64,000 bases of DNA from Candidatus Poribacteria bacterium (GCA_965222225.1 CBDCTK010000002.1:1216001-1280000); one strand, 5' to 3'; shown: positions 32,670-44,308, counted from the stretch's first letter. The notes: a model not told the origin generated them from the sequence alone. Numbers and translations: made by a program.

Positions 32670-34148
32670 TTGGAAGCGCCCAGTAATCTGATTGAACAGC
32701 GCCGAGAAAAATTAGACGAAATCCGAACTCTCGGCGCAAATCCATATCCATACAGATACTCGCCAACACACACCACCTCCGAAATTCATTTACAGTTCGC
32801 TGAAATCCAAGAAACTCCCGACGAAAGTAAACCAATCTGTATTGCCGGACGTATCATGACCAAACGGGATCACGGCAAGAGTAGCTTTGCCAATGTGCAG
32901 GATTCCGAAGGACAGATTCAGATTTACGTCCGCCAGAATGTCATCGGTGCCAACCTTTACGAAATCTACAAAATGCTTGACGTTGGCGACATCATCGGCG
33001 TCAAGGGGGATGTTTTCCGCACTCGAACGGGTGAAATTACAGTCCTGGCAAGTGAGATTGAACTCCTGTCCAAATCGCTTCGCCCGCTTCCTGAAAAATG
33101 GCACGGTCTACAGGATAAGGAAACTCGTTATCGCCAGCGTTATGCCGATCTGATTATGAATCGCGAGGTAAAGGACGTTTTTGCCAAGCGAACCCTAATC
33201 GTTCAGGCTATCCGAGATTATCTTAATGCCATCAATTTTATTGAAGTTGAAACGCCAGTACTTCAACCAATATACGGCGGAGCGAATGCACGGCCATTTG
33301 TCACCCACCACAATACGCTGGATCAAACCCTTTACTTGCGTATTGCGAATGAACTCTATCTAAAACGCTTGATTGTCGGCGGTTTCGATCGCGTATATGA
33401 ATTCTCAAAAGACTTCCGAAATGAAGGCATGGACCGCGATCACAATCCTGAATTTACAATGCTTGAGTTGTATCAGGCATATGCGGACTATGAAGATATC
33501 ATGTGCCTCACTGAGCAGTTGATTGCTCACACCGCTCAAGAGGCGGTTGGCAGCACGACGATATCCTTTCAAGGCGAAGAGATCTCGCTTGAGCCACCAT
33601 GGCGGCGGCTCACTATGATTGAATCAATTGGTGTGGAGACCGGAATCGATGTGGAATCCCTCAATAAGGACGAACTGCATAACGCCGCATTGGATGCGAA
33701 TGTCGATTTGGACAGAATTGAATCAAGAGGGGGAACCATTGCGGCGCTATTTGATGCGCTGGTTGAACCCAATCTGATTCAGCCAACTTTCATTTATGAC
33801 TACCCGATTGAGGTGTCGCCATTTGCCAAGAAAAAGCGAGGCGATGAACGTTTTGTGGAGCGGTTTGAGTATTTCATGGTTGGCATGGAAATGGGAAACG
33901 CCTTCAGCGAGTTGAACGATCCGATAGATCAACGCGAGCGATTCATTGAGCAGGGCAAGAAATTCGAGGCTGGGGACGAAGAAGCATTCATGGTCGACGA
34001 AGATTATCTCCGAGCATTGGAATACGGCATGCCGCCGACAGGCGGACTCGGATTTGGCGTCGATCGACTCACCATGTTGTTGACGAATCAGAGATCAATC
34101 CGGGATGTGATTTTTTTTCCGCAAATGCGACCCGAAGACCAAACCTAA
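32670..34148 (+). CDS. lysS: Lysine--tRNA ligase (class II)
   Basis: RYRQRY, YGGANARPF, FRNEG, HNPEFTMLE and GMPPTGGLG motifs. Confidence 0.98.
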   Translation: MEAPSNLIEQRREKLDEIRTLGANPYPYRYSPTHTTSEIHLQFAEIQETPDESKPICIAGRIMTKRDHGKSSFANVQDSEGQIQIYVRQNVIGANLYEIYKMLDVGDIIGVKGDVFRTRTGEITVLASEIELLSKSLRPLPEKWHGLQDKETRYRQRYADLIMNREVKDVFAKRTLIVQAIRDYLNAINFIEVETPVLQPIYGGANARPFVTHHNTLDQTLYLRIANELYLKRLIVGGFDRVYEFSKDFRNEGMDRDHNPEFTMLELYQAYADYEDIMCLTEQLIAHTAQEAVGSTTISFQGEEISLEPPWRRLTMIESIGVETGIDVESLNKDELHNAALDANVDLDRIESRGGTIAALFDALVEPNLIQPTFIYDYPIEVSPFAKKKRGDERFVERFEYFMVGMEMGNAFSELNDPIDQRERFIEQGKKFEAGDEEAFMVDEDYLRALEYGMPPTGGLGFGVDRLTMLLTNQRSIRDVIFFPQMRPEDQT

Positions 34149-34166
34149 TCCGGATTGTCACGCATT

Positions 34167-35639
34167 ATGAAATTTGAGTGGTTTATTGCTTCTCGTTACC
34201 TAAGGTCTCGAAGAGAGCAGTCGTTTATCTCGATTATCGGCGTCATATCCGTCGTCAGTGTTGCGCTTGGTATTGCGGTTGTTATTCTTGTTATTTCCGT
34301 GATGAACGGTTTCGAACATGGGCTAAAGGAGAAATTCCTCGCCAATGAAGCCCATGTCACAGTTCGTTTGGCAGGCGGAAATTACTTCTCGAATTATCAG
34401 GACACCATCAAACAAATCGAAGCCATTGACGGGGTTGAAGCCGCTTCTCCGGTGATTTACACTCCGATTGCGGTTTGGCCCAAGGACAAAACGTCGATTG
34501 ATAGGACAATATTCGTAAAAGGTATTGATCCGGAGAAGGAGGATCGGGTAACACGCTTCTCAAAGTTTTTTGATAGGTCTACTGACTTCAAAAATTCACC
34601 CCTGATTGAAAGTGCTCGCTTGAAGGGAGATGAAACGATTTCTGGCGGCATTGTTTTGGGAGACGCCGTCGCAAATCACATGGGAGTCCTAAAAGGAGAT
34701 GTGTTGCGCTTAATCTCCAGAATGGAGCAAAACCCCATGGATCCAACCGCTTTTTGGGCACACATTCGGAACTATGTCGTGGTTGGCATTTACAAGTCTG
34801 GGATGTACGCCTACGACAATCACCTCGGTTTTATCCACTTGGAGGCGGCGCAGAAACTGTACAATCGCCCTGATCAGATTAATATGATTGAGGTGCGCAC
34901 ATCAAGCGCGGAGATTGCATCTGAAGTACGAGGGCGTATAGCATCGACAATCCGTTTTGACGGAGGGATTCGCGGCATACCAATTGCCAACACATGGGTA
35001 GACACGCATGCTCCCCTGTTTGATGCCATAAAGTTGGAGAAGCGTGTCACCGTAATTATTGAAGCATTGATTATCCTCGTAGCCGCATTTAATATCGCCA
35101 GCACGCTGATTATGACGGTCATGGAGAAAACTCGGGACATCGGCATTCTTCGTGCGATGGGATCTTCCAAGCGTAACATCCTCAAAATCTTCATGGTCCA
35201 AGGCTGCGCTATCGGTGTGTTGGGAGGCATACTGGGTACAGTCTTGGGCGTGAGCATCTCTTGGCTGCTTGATCTACAGAATATTCGACCTTCACGTTGG
35301 TTTGCGCTACTCATTCTGATTCCAATCAGTATTCAGTTCTTAATTGCATTTCGACATTTCTTTAGTGCATTTCGACTCTCATTAGCGCTGCGTTTCAGCT
35401 TTAAGTGGCTGCAAGGCTTGCTGTGGATTGGGGCAATCGGACTATTTCTCTATTGCCTCGCCCAGCCGATATACATAGATGGCCAAGTTTATCAATTGAG
35501 TCGCCTGCCCGTTAAGATTAACTGGCACTTTGTTGGCTTTATGAATATTCTTTCATTTGCAATCTGCTGGCTCGCGACAGTGTATCCGGCGTGGCAGGCT
35601 TCAAAGCTCAACCCCGTTGAGGCATTGCGATATGAATAA
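34167..35639 (+). CDS. lolE: Lipoprotein-releasing ABC transporter permease (LolC/E)
   Basis: IASRYL, SVMNGF, VMEKTRDIGILRAMG, PAWQAS.LNPVEALRYE motifs. Confidence 0.9.
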   Translation: MKFEWFIASRYLRSRREQSFISIIGVISVVSVALGIAVVILVISVMNGFEHGLKEKFLANEAHVTVRLAGGNYFSNYQDTIKQIEAIDGVEAASPVIYTPIAVWPKDKTSIDRTIFVKGIDPEKEDRVTRFSKFFDRSTDFKNSPLIESARLKGDETISGGIVLGDAVANHMGVLKGDVLRLISRMEQNPMDPTAFWAHIRNYVVVGIYKSGMYAYDNHLGFIHLEAAQKLYNRPDQINMIEVRTSSAEIASEVRGRIASTIRFDGGIRGIPIANTWVDTHAPLFDAIKLEKRVTVIIEALIILVAAFNIASTLIMTVMEKTRDIGILRAMGSSKRNILKIFMVQGCAIGVLGGILGTVLGVSISWLLDLQNIRPSRWFALLILIPISIQFLIAFRHFFSAFRLSLALRFSFKWLQGLLWIGAIGLFLYCLAQPIYIDGQVYQLSRLPVKINWHFVGFMNILSFAICWLATVYPAWQASKLNPVEALRYE

Positions 35640-36327
35640 TCTCATTCGCACTGTCGATCTACATAAGTCATATTACGATGGGGCAAAAGAACTTCCCGTA
35701 CTCAATGGTATTGATATAGAGATCGAAAAAGGCGAGATTCTCGCAATCATCGGCGCGTCAGGCGTCGGCAAGAGTACATTGCTGCATCTAATCGGTGGGC
35801 TGGATCGCCCAATACAAGGCAAAGTCTTCTACGAAAATCAGGACATCTTCAATTTTAACGACCGAGAGCTGGATCGATTTCGGAATCTCGGAGTAGGGTT
35901 CGTTTTCCAATTCCATCACCTGTTGCCAGAGTTTACAGCTATTGAAAACGTAGCACTCGGAGCGCTGATTGCCGGCAAAAATAGTCACGATGCGCGCGCC
36001 GACGCCGGGAAGTTGCTTGACTACGTCGGATTGTCCGAACGGCTTGAACATCATCCAAGCGAACTTTCAGGTGGCGAACGACAACGCGTAGCCCTCGCCC
36101 GCGCTCTGATTAATCGCCCCAAAGTGGTACTTGCCGACGAACCAACAGGGAATCTCGACCGTAAAACTAGTGCGGCGGTGTTGGATCTATTGTGGGATTT
36201 GAACGATCGTTTCGACCAAACGTTTATTATTGTCACCCACAATCAAGCCCTGGCGCAGCGAGCGGATCGGTTGATTCACCTCGTTGATGGAAGGGTCTCG
36301 AATCAAGTCCAAGTGGTTGACCTATGA
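35632..36327 (+). CDS. lolD: Lipoprotein-releasing ABC transporter ATPase
   Basis: GASGVGKST, FQFHHLLPEF, LSGGERQR and DEPTGNLD motifs. Confidence 0.93.
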   Translation: MNNLIRTVDLHKSYYDGAKELPVLNGIDIEIEKGEILAIIGASGVGKSTLLHLIGGLDRPIQGKVFYENQDIFNFNDRELDRFRNLGVGFVFQFHHLLPEFTAIENVALGALIAGKNSHDARADAGKLLDYVGLSERLEHHPSELSGGERQRVALARALINRPKVVLADEPTGNLDRKTSAAVLDLLWDLNDRFDQTFIIVTHNQALAQRADRLIHLVDGRVSNQVQVVDL

Positions 36328-36389
36328 AGCGAATTCCGAATGAGGTTTACAAGGCGAAGATTCATTAAAGTACGCTAAAACAGAGTGTC

Positions 36390-37457
36390 ATGGAAATCAA
36401 GATAACAAAATCAACAAATCTCCGGCAGAATCGTCCAAAGGATTCTGAGTTATGCTTCGGCAAATACACTACCGATCACATGTTTCTAATGGACTATGCC
36501 CTCGGAAAGGGATGGCATGATGCTCGTATTGTTCCCTACCAATACTTGCGCTTGGATCCGGCGGCGATGGTGTTACACTACAATCAGGAGGTTTTTGAGG
36601 GCTTAAAAGCCTATGCTCTCGCAGACGGCGGTATCGGTCTGTTTAGACCGGAGAAGAATATTCAGCGGATGAACACCTCTGCCCAGAGGCTAGTAATGCC
36701 GGAGGTGGACGGTCAACTGTTTCTTCAAGCGATGAAACAGCTAGTTTTGATTGATCGCGAGAGGCTCCCGAAATCCGAGGGTACATCCCTTTATATCCGC
36801 CCCACAATGATTGCAACCGAACCGATGATTGGGATCCGAGCTTCGGAACGGTATCTGTTTTACATCATCCTTTCTCCGGTAGGTGCCTACTACCCCGAAG
36901 GCTTTAACCCAACACGCATTTATGTTTCTGATACGCATGTGCGCGCCGCGAAACACGGCGTCGGTAACGTCAAAACCTCGGGAAATTACGGATCGACCCT
37001 TTTTGTCTCGCAGGAAGCCGCGGTGAAAGGGTATAGCCAGGTCTTATGGCTTGATGCAAACGAACTTAAGTACATAGAAGAGGTCGGTACAAGCAATGTT
37101 TTCTTCTTGATTGACGATGAGCTTGTTACTCCTCCCCTTAAAGGCACCATTCTGCCGGGAATCACGCGAGACTCGGCACTCCAGCTTGCCAGACGTTGGG
37201 GACTCTACGTTTCTGAGCGGTTGATTTCCATTGATGAGGTCATTGGTGCATGCCGAAGTGGCGCACTCAAAGAAATGTTTGCCACGGGGACGGCGGCGGT
37301 TATCTCCCCGGTAGGCGAAATATCCTATAAAGGCAAGCAATTCCGGATAGCGGATGGCAAGACGGGAGAACTTGCTCAGAGGTTTTATGACGAACTCACC
37401 GGCATTCAATACGGTCGCATAGAAGACCCATTTGGATGGCGAATCCGTGTCGATTGA
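36390..37457 (+). CDS. ilvE: Branched-chain amino acid aminotransferase
   Basis: FEGLKAY, LYIRP, KTSGNY, EEVGTSN, ILPGITR and GTAAVISP motifs. Confidence 0.95.
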   Translation: MEIKITKSTNLRQNRPKDSELCFGKYTTDHMFLMDYALGKGWHDARIVPYQYLRLDPAAMVLHYNQEVFEGLKAYALADGGIGLFRPEKNIQRMNTSAQRLVMPEVDGQLFLQAMKQLVLIDRERLPKSEGTSLYIRPTMIATEPMIGIRASERYLFYIILSPVGAYYPEGFNPTRIYVSDTHVRAAKHGVGNVKTSGNYGSTLFVSQEAAVKGYSQVLWLDANELKYIEEVGTSNVFFLIDDELVTPPLKGTILPGITRDSALQLARRWGLYVSERLISIDEVIGACRSGALKEMFATGTAAVISPVGEISYKGKQFRIADGKTGELAQRFYDELTGIQYGRIEDPFGWRIRVD

Positions 37458-37839
37458 AGCTCGCATCTGACAAGGGCGAATTAGGCCGATTCGGCGATAA
37501 CGAAAACCTATGATACCCAGCACCGATTTACCATTTATCGCAGATATTCACATGCCGCTCCTCGGGAGCGCCATGTTGGGCTGTCTCGGGAATAACGATT
37601 GTCGAAACTCCAAGTTGGGGACCGGGCAAGGTGCAATATTTTGGGGTGCATATTGTGCTAATTCAACCTCGGAACAAGGCGATCATCAAATCGGCGACAA
37701 AATCCTCATGCATATCCATCTGCGCCTTTTGGGTTTACATTAAACACATGCATTTGTCGACCAGAACCCGCAGCACCCGGAAAGCTGTCAAGGAAGCCTG
37801 CTTAATCCGCAATAACGCACCATCAGGAGGTGTTTTGAC

Positions 37840-40443
37840 ATGTCCAGAATTGCATTCAGCACATTGATTCTGCTATTTGCATTGGCGAATAGTCTAATGC
37901 TAGCTCGCGCAGAAGAAGCAACGAACACAGAAAATCCCGTGGCGGATACTGTTGACCAAGCTCTAATTGTAAAAAAAATCACCTTTGAGGGGATAAAGAA
38001 CACCCCGGAAGACTTCTTTGAAATACTTATACAAACCAGAATTGGCGAGGAAATCTCTCCGGATCGTCTTTCCGAAGACATTAAGAACCTTTACAAAAAC
38101 ACCGGTTTTTTCTCTGACTTTGGCGATGCAGGAGAATCCCCGATTAGAGTTGAAGTTAAACCTGCTGAAGGCGGCGGTCTGGAAGTTATCTACAAACTCA
38201 TAGAAAGCCCAAAAATCGAAAGTGTCAAAATCATTGGAAATGAGCAGTTGAAGACGGGCAAGATTCAGGAAGCCATTACACTTAAACCCAGTGAGATTTA
38301 CAGCGATCAGCGCCGCTGGGAAAGTGAAAGAGCTATTCTTAACGTGTACAAGGAAAAAGGTTACTACCTTGCCACGATAAAGTCTGACACTAGTGTAGAT
38401 CGGGATACAAATACCATTGTGGCCACTTTTGAGATTAGCGAAGGTGAACGCATCAAGATTCAGGAGATTAATTTTGTCGACAACAGTAACATCCCTGAGA
38501 AAACGCTTAGCAAAAAGATTAAAACTCGTGTCGGTAAGCATTTCGATGAGAACCTGTTGGATGAAGACATGATCCTCTTGCGCCACTATTACCAAGATCA
38601 GGGATATGCGCAGATCGAGGTCGAAGGATATGAACATCGTCTTACTGCTGATAACACTGGACTGATAATTGATATTTCCGTTGATGAGGGCCCGGAATAT
38701 ATTATAGGCACCTATGACATCAATGTCCTGCATGCGAAGAAACCCGCCTTTTCAGAAGATAAGATTCGCGATATGCTAGATCCGATTGAAGGCGAAATCT
38801 TTGACCGAGGGACGTTTCAGGAGTCGATTGAAAAGATTCAAAAAGCCTACCAAGATAAAGGGTTCCTCCTGTCAGAGTTGTCGCCAGTTCCGCACTTTAA
38901 CGAAACAACGGCGATTGTTGATATCGCATTGGACATTAATGAAGGGGATGTCATCATCATCGAAAAAGTGGAGATTGACGGGTTGGAGAAAACCAAAAAG
39001 AATGTCGTCAAGCGAGAACTCGATCGAGTGAATCTCAAAAGTGGAGAATTTCTTGATGTAAAATCTCTGCGCAAAGCTCGCCAGAAGCTCTTCCAAATGG
39101 GCCCATTTATCCGAAATGTCGATTTTATACCTACTCCTAACGCCCTCGGAGAGAACAGTCGCGATCTCAAGGTTGAAATCACCGAAACGTCGAGGACCGG
39201 TATGTTCAGCCTCGGGGGCGGATACGGCACGGAAGGCGGCATCTTTGGCGTTGCGGAAGTCGGTGAAAATAACCTCTTTGGGCGCGCTTACCGCGTGCAC
39301 TTAAAAGGAGAACTAGGCACACGCGATCGTCACACCGCGGAACTCCGCTTCAACTCCCCCTGGATTTTCGGCACGCCGACACGTTTGAATGTTCGTCTTT
39401 ACAACACACGACGGCTCCACCGATATTACAATTCAATTATTTACCGTGACCGTGGATTGGACCGCTCCATTTATTCACGAAAAGGGGGTACGGTAACCGT
39501 AGGACGATCGATTGCCCAGGACATTGATATATCTGTTCGCCTCAGAAACGAGTATACACACGACAATCGCGGAGATCCCCTTTTCTCCATTGGTCTAAAT
39601 CACCAAGCAAGCCTAGATAGTGGTATCGTTACGGATGAGTTGGGGGCGGAATTTGAAAACGGTGGGAATGCTCTTTCTGAAAACGCCACTACTTCGATTT
39701 ACGAACTTGGTCGGGAATGGAGAGTTGAAGATCTTGAGGATGAAGCCGATGCTACGAAGAAATTCGTAATCCGTCAGGGGGAGGATGCATTAAACTTAGA
39801 TGTATATAGATCGGGACAGCATCCCTTCGATCGTACTGTTCGAAGTATCACATTCTTCCTATCCAGAGATACGCGTGATTATCTGACGAGCATCTACGAC
39901 CCGGTGTCCGGTTCCTTGAACACGCTTTCCTATGAACACGCTGGAGGTCTTCTAAGAGCCGAAAGTGACTTCCAGCGATATACTTTGGACTCGAGTTGGT
40001 TCCTAAGCACATGGAGTAATCACGTTTTTGCCTCTCACGCGAGGGCTGGCTTCTTGAATAGTCGAACCAGCGACGATTCGTTTCTTCGTTATGAACGTTT
40101 TCTCTTGGGCGGTATTGATACCGTCCGAGGATATGAAGACTACGAAATCATACCATCTAGCGGCAACTATAACGGCGGAAACAAGGTTTTCTATGCAAAC
40201 TTTGAATACCGTATTCCGCTCGGCTCACAGCTGACGGGTTCTGCATTCTTCGATATTGGTCAAGTTTGGGATGAATATCAGCCCAATATCTTCAAGGATA
40301 TCAATTTAAGGAAAGGTGCCGGCGTAGGAATTCGGTTCAACCTGCTAGGCATGTTGGCACGAGCCGAATGGGGATATGGATTTGACCGACCTGGAGGACA
40401 AAAGAGAGGTAAGCTCCATTTTACAATCGGTCCGGGCTTCTAG
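37840..40443 (+). CDS. bamA: Outer membrane protein assembly factor BamA
   Basis: Five POTRA-like repeats, VRGY motif, terminal GKLHFTIGPGF; upstream of skp. Confidence 0.93.
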   Translation: MSRIAFSTLILLFALANSLMLARAEEATNTENPVADTVDQALIVKKITFEGIKNTPEDFFEILIQTRIGEEISPDRLSEDIKNLYKNTGFFSDFGDAGESPIRVEVKPAEGGGLEVIYKLIESPKIESVKIIGNEQLKTGKIQEAITLKPSEIYSDQRRWESERAILNVYKEKGYYLATIKSDTSVDRDTNTIVATFEISEGERIKIQEINFVDNSNIPEKTLSKKIKTRVGKHFDENLLDEDMILLRHYYQDQGYAQIEVEGYEHRLTADNTGLIIDISVDEGPEYIIGTYDINVLHAKKPAFSEDKIRDMLDPIEGEIFDRGTFQESIEKIQKAYQDKGFLLSELSPVPHFNETTAIVDIALDINEGDVIIIEKVEIDGLEKTKKNVVKRELDRVNLKSGEFLDVKSLRKARQKLFQMGPFIRNVDFIPTPNALGENSRDLKVEITETSRTGMFSLGGGYGTEGGIFGVAEVGENNLFGRAYRVHLKGELGTRDRHTAELRFNSPWIFGTPTRLNVRLYNTRRLHRYYNSIIYRDRGLDRSIYSRKGGTVTVGRSIAQDIDISVRLRNEYTHDNRGDPLFSIGLNHQASLDSGIVTDELGAEFENGGNALSENATTSIYELGREWRVEDLEDEADATKKFVIRQGEDALNLDVYRSGQHPFDRTVRSITFFLSRDTRDYLTSIYDPVSGSLNTLSYEHAGGLLRAESDFQRYTLDSSWFLSTWSNHVFASHARAGFLNSRTSDDSFLRYERFLLGGIDTVRGYEDYEIIPSSGNYNGGNKVFYANFEYRIPLGSQLTGSAFFDIGQVWDEYQPNIFKDINLRKGAGVGIRFNLLGMLARAEWGYGFDRPGGQKRGKLHFTIGPGF

Positions 40444-40512
40444 GCGATTGCCATGGTACATAGTAATCGTCCACACACTACTCATTAATCTCAAACATAT
40501 AAGGATCGACAC

Positions 40513-41094
40513 ATGAAGCGAATTTCGATATTATACGCCACTGTTGGGATTGGGATATTTGCGATCGCCATTAGCGCGGTGGCTCAGAATCAATTTAAAC
40601 TCGGGGTTGTTGACACGCAGAAGGTCTTTGAAGGATATAAGAGCGCGAAAGCCGCTGACGAGGTTTTGAAAACTGCAGAGGACAAACTCCGAGCCCAGCT
40701 CGAAGATGTCCGCGAACAGATTCTAACAATGGAGGAACGGCTCACTAAGCATAAACTCTTCCTTGAAGATCCCGAAACTGAAAGCATAGAGAATGACATC
40801 CGGCTGAAAAAACAGCAATATCAGCGTGAGTTGGAAATGGGCCAACAGTCAATCTTGGCAAAGCAAAAGGAGCTTGTTGAACCAATCCTGAATGAGATTG
40901 AGACACTTATCAAGGAAATTGGCAAGAATGGAGCGTATAACCTGATTCTTGAGAAACGCCTTGTTACGCTTTATGTTGATCCAAGCTACGATTTGACGGA
41001 GAGCGTGACTCAAACGCTGAATGAACGATATGAAGAGACGAATTCGTCTGAGCCAAGCGAAAAGGATGCCGAGAAATCAGAAACTCCCCAATAG
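40513..41094 (+). CDS. skp: Periplasmic chaperone Skp/OmpH
   Basis: Signal peptide, KLGVVD.QKV, coiled coil, LY.DP.YDLT..V; conserved position after bamA. Confidence 0.9.
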   Translation: MKRISILYATVGIGIFAIAISAVAQNQFKLGVVDTQKVFEGYKSAKAADEVLKTAEDKLRAQLEDVREQILTMEERLTKHKLFLEDPETESIENDIRLKKQQYQRELEMGQQSILAKQKELVEPILNEIETLIKEIGKNGAYNLILEKRLVTLYVDPSYDLTESVTQTLNERYEETNSSEPSEKDAEKSETPQ

Positions 41095-41178
41095 AAAAGG
41101 AGGGATGGGACGGGGTGATAACCGTTCATTGACCACGAATAATTATCAAACTGTCCTGTTGCACCGGATGGGGGCAAT

Positions 41179-42234
41179 ATGGTAAAAACACTGAAGGAAA
41201 TATCTGAGTTAATTGATGGAGATTTGTGCGGTGACGGCGATTTGGAGATTACCGGCGTATCGGGAATCAAAGAGGCGCACCCGAATGAGATTACGTTTGT
41301 TGCCAATGCCAAATACCGTAGCGAGATGGAGCACACAAATGCCTCCGCGATAATAATTGGCACGGACATCCAGTGCAATGGGAAAGCCACAATTCGAGTT
41401 GCAGATCCCTATCTCTCCTTCGTTAAAGTCCTCGAAAATTTTTCTTGGCGCAAGAAACGCAGGACCGAGTTCGGAGTTCATGAAACCGCCATTATCGGCG
41501 AAAATGTCCACGTGGGAGAACGGGTCTCAATCCAAGCCCATGCATATATAGGGGATAACGTCGAAATTGGGGATGACACTATAATCAGTCCCCTTGTATA
41601 CATCGGTCATGATACCAAGATTGGCAGTGGAACGTTAATCTATCCCCGCGTTACAATCCGGGAAGAAATCCAAATTGGCGATCGCGTAATTATTCACTGT
41701 GGTGCCGTAATCGGAAGCGATGGGTTTGGGTTTGCGACCGTTAGTGACCGGCATCATAAAATCCCGCAAATCGGCAGCGTCATCATTGAGGATGATGTTG
41801 AAATTGGTGCTAACACCACAGTGGATCGGGCAACAATGACAAACGGGGCTACTGTTATCAAGCGCGGCACCAAGATTGACAACCTGGTTCAAATCGCCCA
41901 TAATGTTGTAATCGGCGAAGACTGTCGGCTAGCTGCCCAAGTGGGAATCGCTGGAAGTGCCGTGCTCAAAGACCGGATAACAGTTGCAGGCCAGGCGGGG
42001 GTGGTTGGACACCTGACAATTGGGGAAGATACTGTTATATTCGCAAAATCCGGCGTCACCAAGAATACGCCGGCTGGAAGTTGTGTCTCTGGATTCCCAG
42101 CACGACCTCATGCACAAGAAATGCGAGTCCTAGGCGCTTGGCATAAATTACCATCAGAGTTTTCCCAGCTTCAGAAACGGGTAGCCGAACTAGAATCTCA
42201 ACTTCGTCAGAGTGACGATGAGTCATTTGAATAG
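41179..42234 (+). CDS. lpxD: UDP-3-O-acylglucosamine N-acyltransferase
   Basis: Hexapeptide repeats, [24 protein letters not shown] motifs. Confidence 0.96.
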   Translation: MVKTLKEISELIDGDLCGDGDLEITGVSGIKEAHPNEITFVANAKYRSEMEHTNASAIIIGTDIQCNGKATIRVADPYLSFVKVLENFSWRKKRRTEFGVHETAIIGENVHVGERVSIQAHAYIGDNVEIGDDTIISPLVYIGHDTKIGSGTLIYPRVTIREEIQIGDRVIIHCGAVIGSDGFGFATVSDRHHKIPQIGSVIIEDDVEIGANTTVDRATMTNGATVIKRGTKIDNLVQIAHNVVIGEDCRLAAQVGIAGSAVLKDRITVAGQAGVVGHLTIGEDTVIFAKSGVTKNTPAGSCVSGFPARPHAQEMRVLGAWHKLPSEFSQLQKRVAELESQLRQSDDESFE

Positions 42235-43189
42235 GTCACAACCCTCTAACGATGGGACTCCCCTTGGATTATCCGTCTCAGTGTTGGCATATCATAAAAT
42301 CGATGGTGGGTTTGAACTTGGCGTTAACTCTATTTCTCCCGAAGCGTTTGACCGCCAGATGCGGTTTCTTGCCGAACACGGTTATACTGCTATTACCGTT
42401 GACCGCTTCATTCAGGCGATTGACTCGTTCTCCCTCCAGAAAAAAAACTCAGAGGGGCATTCCCTCCACTCAAGCCAGTTGCCCCGGGGCTCTACGCTTC
42501 GATTGAAACAGGAGGAAAACGACCATACTCCCTACCCTCTTTCCCGCGAAGAGTCGACTTGTGAACGGCAGGAAGAATTCGATCTACCGTCCAGATCCAT
42601 CATGATTACCTTTGACGATGGATATGAAGATTTCTATACGTCGGCTCAACCCATATTAACGAAATATGGCTTAACCGCTACCGTTTTTGTTCTCGCGGGA
42701 TACATTGGGAAGTTGAACACGTGGGATGTCCGATTACGGTTGAAGCAATCACGACATTTAAATAGCAATCAGATTCAAACCCTTTTTGGAAAGGGATTTG
42801 GAATTGCCTGCCATGGTATGCAGCATCGTTTTCTGACGCGCTGTAACGAGGCGAACACAAAGGTCGAACTTTGGGAATCAAAAGCAATCCTTGAGAATTT
42901 ACTGCATCACCCTGTTCACAGCTTTGCTTACCCATACGGATGTGCGAACCCCAAAGTTGCGGAGCAAGTCAAATCCGCGGGTTATCGCATTGCCTTTAGC
43001 TTGAAGCCCAACAAAGCGATAGCATCAGAATCAATCTATCGTTATCCGCGCATAGCAGTTTATCGATGTGACACGCTTTCAACCTTTCAGGCAAAGTTGG
43101 GTTTGCGGGGACGACATCGCTTCAAGTTAGAGAGTATGAAAAACAGCGTCATAAACCGTTTTGCCTATTTGAATCGACTCCGGCACTGA
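42218..43189 (+). CDS. Polysaccharide deacetylase (NodB/CE4)
   Basis: LAYH, ITFDDGY, H...H and FAYPYG motifs; overlaps the lpxD stop. Confidence 0.9.
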   Translation: MSHLNRSQPSNDGTPLGLSVSVLAYHKIDGGFELGVNSISPEAFDRQMRFLAEHGYTAITVDRFIQAIDSFSLQKKNSEGHSLHSSQLPRGSTLRLKQEENDHTPYPLSREESTCERQEEFDLPSRSIMITFDDGYEDFYTSAQPILTKYGLTATVFVLAGYIGKLNTWDVRLRLKQSRHLNSNQIQTLFGKGFGIACHGMQHRFLTRCNEANTKVELWESKAILENLLHHPVHSFAYPYGCANPKVAEQVKSAGYRIAFSLKPNKAIASESIYRYPRIAVYRCDTLSTFQAKLGLRGRHRFKLESMKNSVINRFAYLNRLRH

Positions 43190-43215
43190 CAAGAGGACAA
43201 CGGGAAAATGCGGAG

Positions 43216-44235
43216 ATGGAAAAACAAAGTCATGCTCGGTCTGGGATGCAGAATCAATTCTCACGTTCCATCCTCCCGTTTTTTGATTACCTGATAGTTC
43301 TCCGCCCCACCCTCCTATTTCCTGTCTGGACACTCGTACTTCTAGGACATTATCATGGAACAGCGCACATCTCTCATTCCTTAAAATTTGAGTTTCTAGC
43401 TGCTGAAATTCCAATCTACTTGAATTTGGACGCTCGCGTCTGGGTTACGCTTTGCTTGTACTCAATGTTGGCAAGTGCCGGTTATATCATAAACCAGATA
43501 GCAGATAAAGAAACGGATTTGGCAAATGACAAGCTATATCTGGTTGCCAACGGATACGTAAAACTACCGCTGATTAAATTGGAGGCGGCTGCATTATTTC
43601 TTGCCTCGATTGTGTGGGCGGTTGTGTGGTTTCACCGTAGTTGGGCATATCTCGCGCTGATTGCACTATCCACTGTTCTGGGGGTGATTTACTCCGTCCA
43701 ACCGTTTCGATTGAAAGGCAAACCGATACTTGACCTTCTGGCAAACGCGATTGGATATGGGGGTATAGCATTCCTTCTCGGATGGGCGGCAACCGCCAAA
43801 TTAAACGCAGAAGCGCTACAGCGAGCTATCCCTTACATGTTCTGTGTCGGAGCCGCTTTTGTTAATACAACGCTTCCGGATCTGAAAGGAGACTCGGCGC
43901 ATGGCGATCGAACAACCGGAGTTTTATTGGGCGTGCGGCGAGCGTGTCAATTGAGTCTATTCCTCTTGGTCATCGCAATACTGTCGGCGTGGATTGTCAA
44001 AGATGCCATTGCGCTTATTTCCGGTTTGGTCTCCGTTCCGTTCTTCGTATACATGAACATCACGCCGAAACGGCAAGCTATCATTCTGGCAACTCGTGTC
44101 GGCATCCTTATGCTCTCGCTTGTTGCTTGCATTCTCATTCCGCCCTATTTCATCTTATTCGGGTGTGCCTTGCTATTTGTTCGTTGGTACTACAGCGCTC
44201 GATTTGACATCGTATATCCCGGCTCTAAAGCATGA
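43216..44235 (+). CDS. UbiA-family prenyltransferase (divergent)
   Basis: Multi-TM; NQIADKETD..N, YS..PFRLKG.P and PDLKGD...GDRT motifs. Confidence 0.85.
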   Translation: MEKQSHARSGMQNQFSRSILPFFDYLIVLRPTLLFPVWTLVLLGHYHGTAHISHSLKFEFLAAEIPIYLNLDARVWVTLCLYSMLASAGYIINQIADKETDLANDKLYLVANGYVKLPLIKLEAAALFLASIVWAVVWFHRSWAYLALIALSTVLGVIYSVQPFRLKGKPILDLLANAIGYGGIAFLLGWAATAKLNAEALQRAIPYMFCVGAAFVNTTLPDLKGDSAHGDRTTGVLLGVRRACQLSLFLLVIAILSAWIVKDAIALISGLVSVPFFVYMNITPKRQAIILATRVGILMLSLVACILIPPYFILFGCALLFVRWYYSARFDIVYPGSKA

Positions 44236-44308
44236 TATTCAAACTCAAAACCCTCTTAGGTATCACGGTCATGCACCCATTTCACGCCTTGCGCATTAAA
44301 GTAGAAGA

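Noticed and set aside
37460-37839. Long ilvE-bamA intergenic region as a riboswitch or ncRNA
   Set aside because: No recognisable RNA family motif by eye; an Rfam/Infernal scan would be needed.
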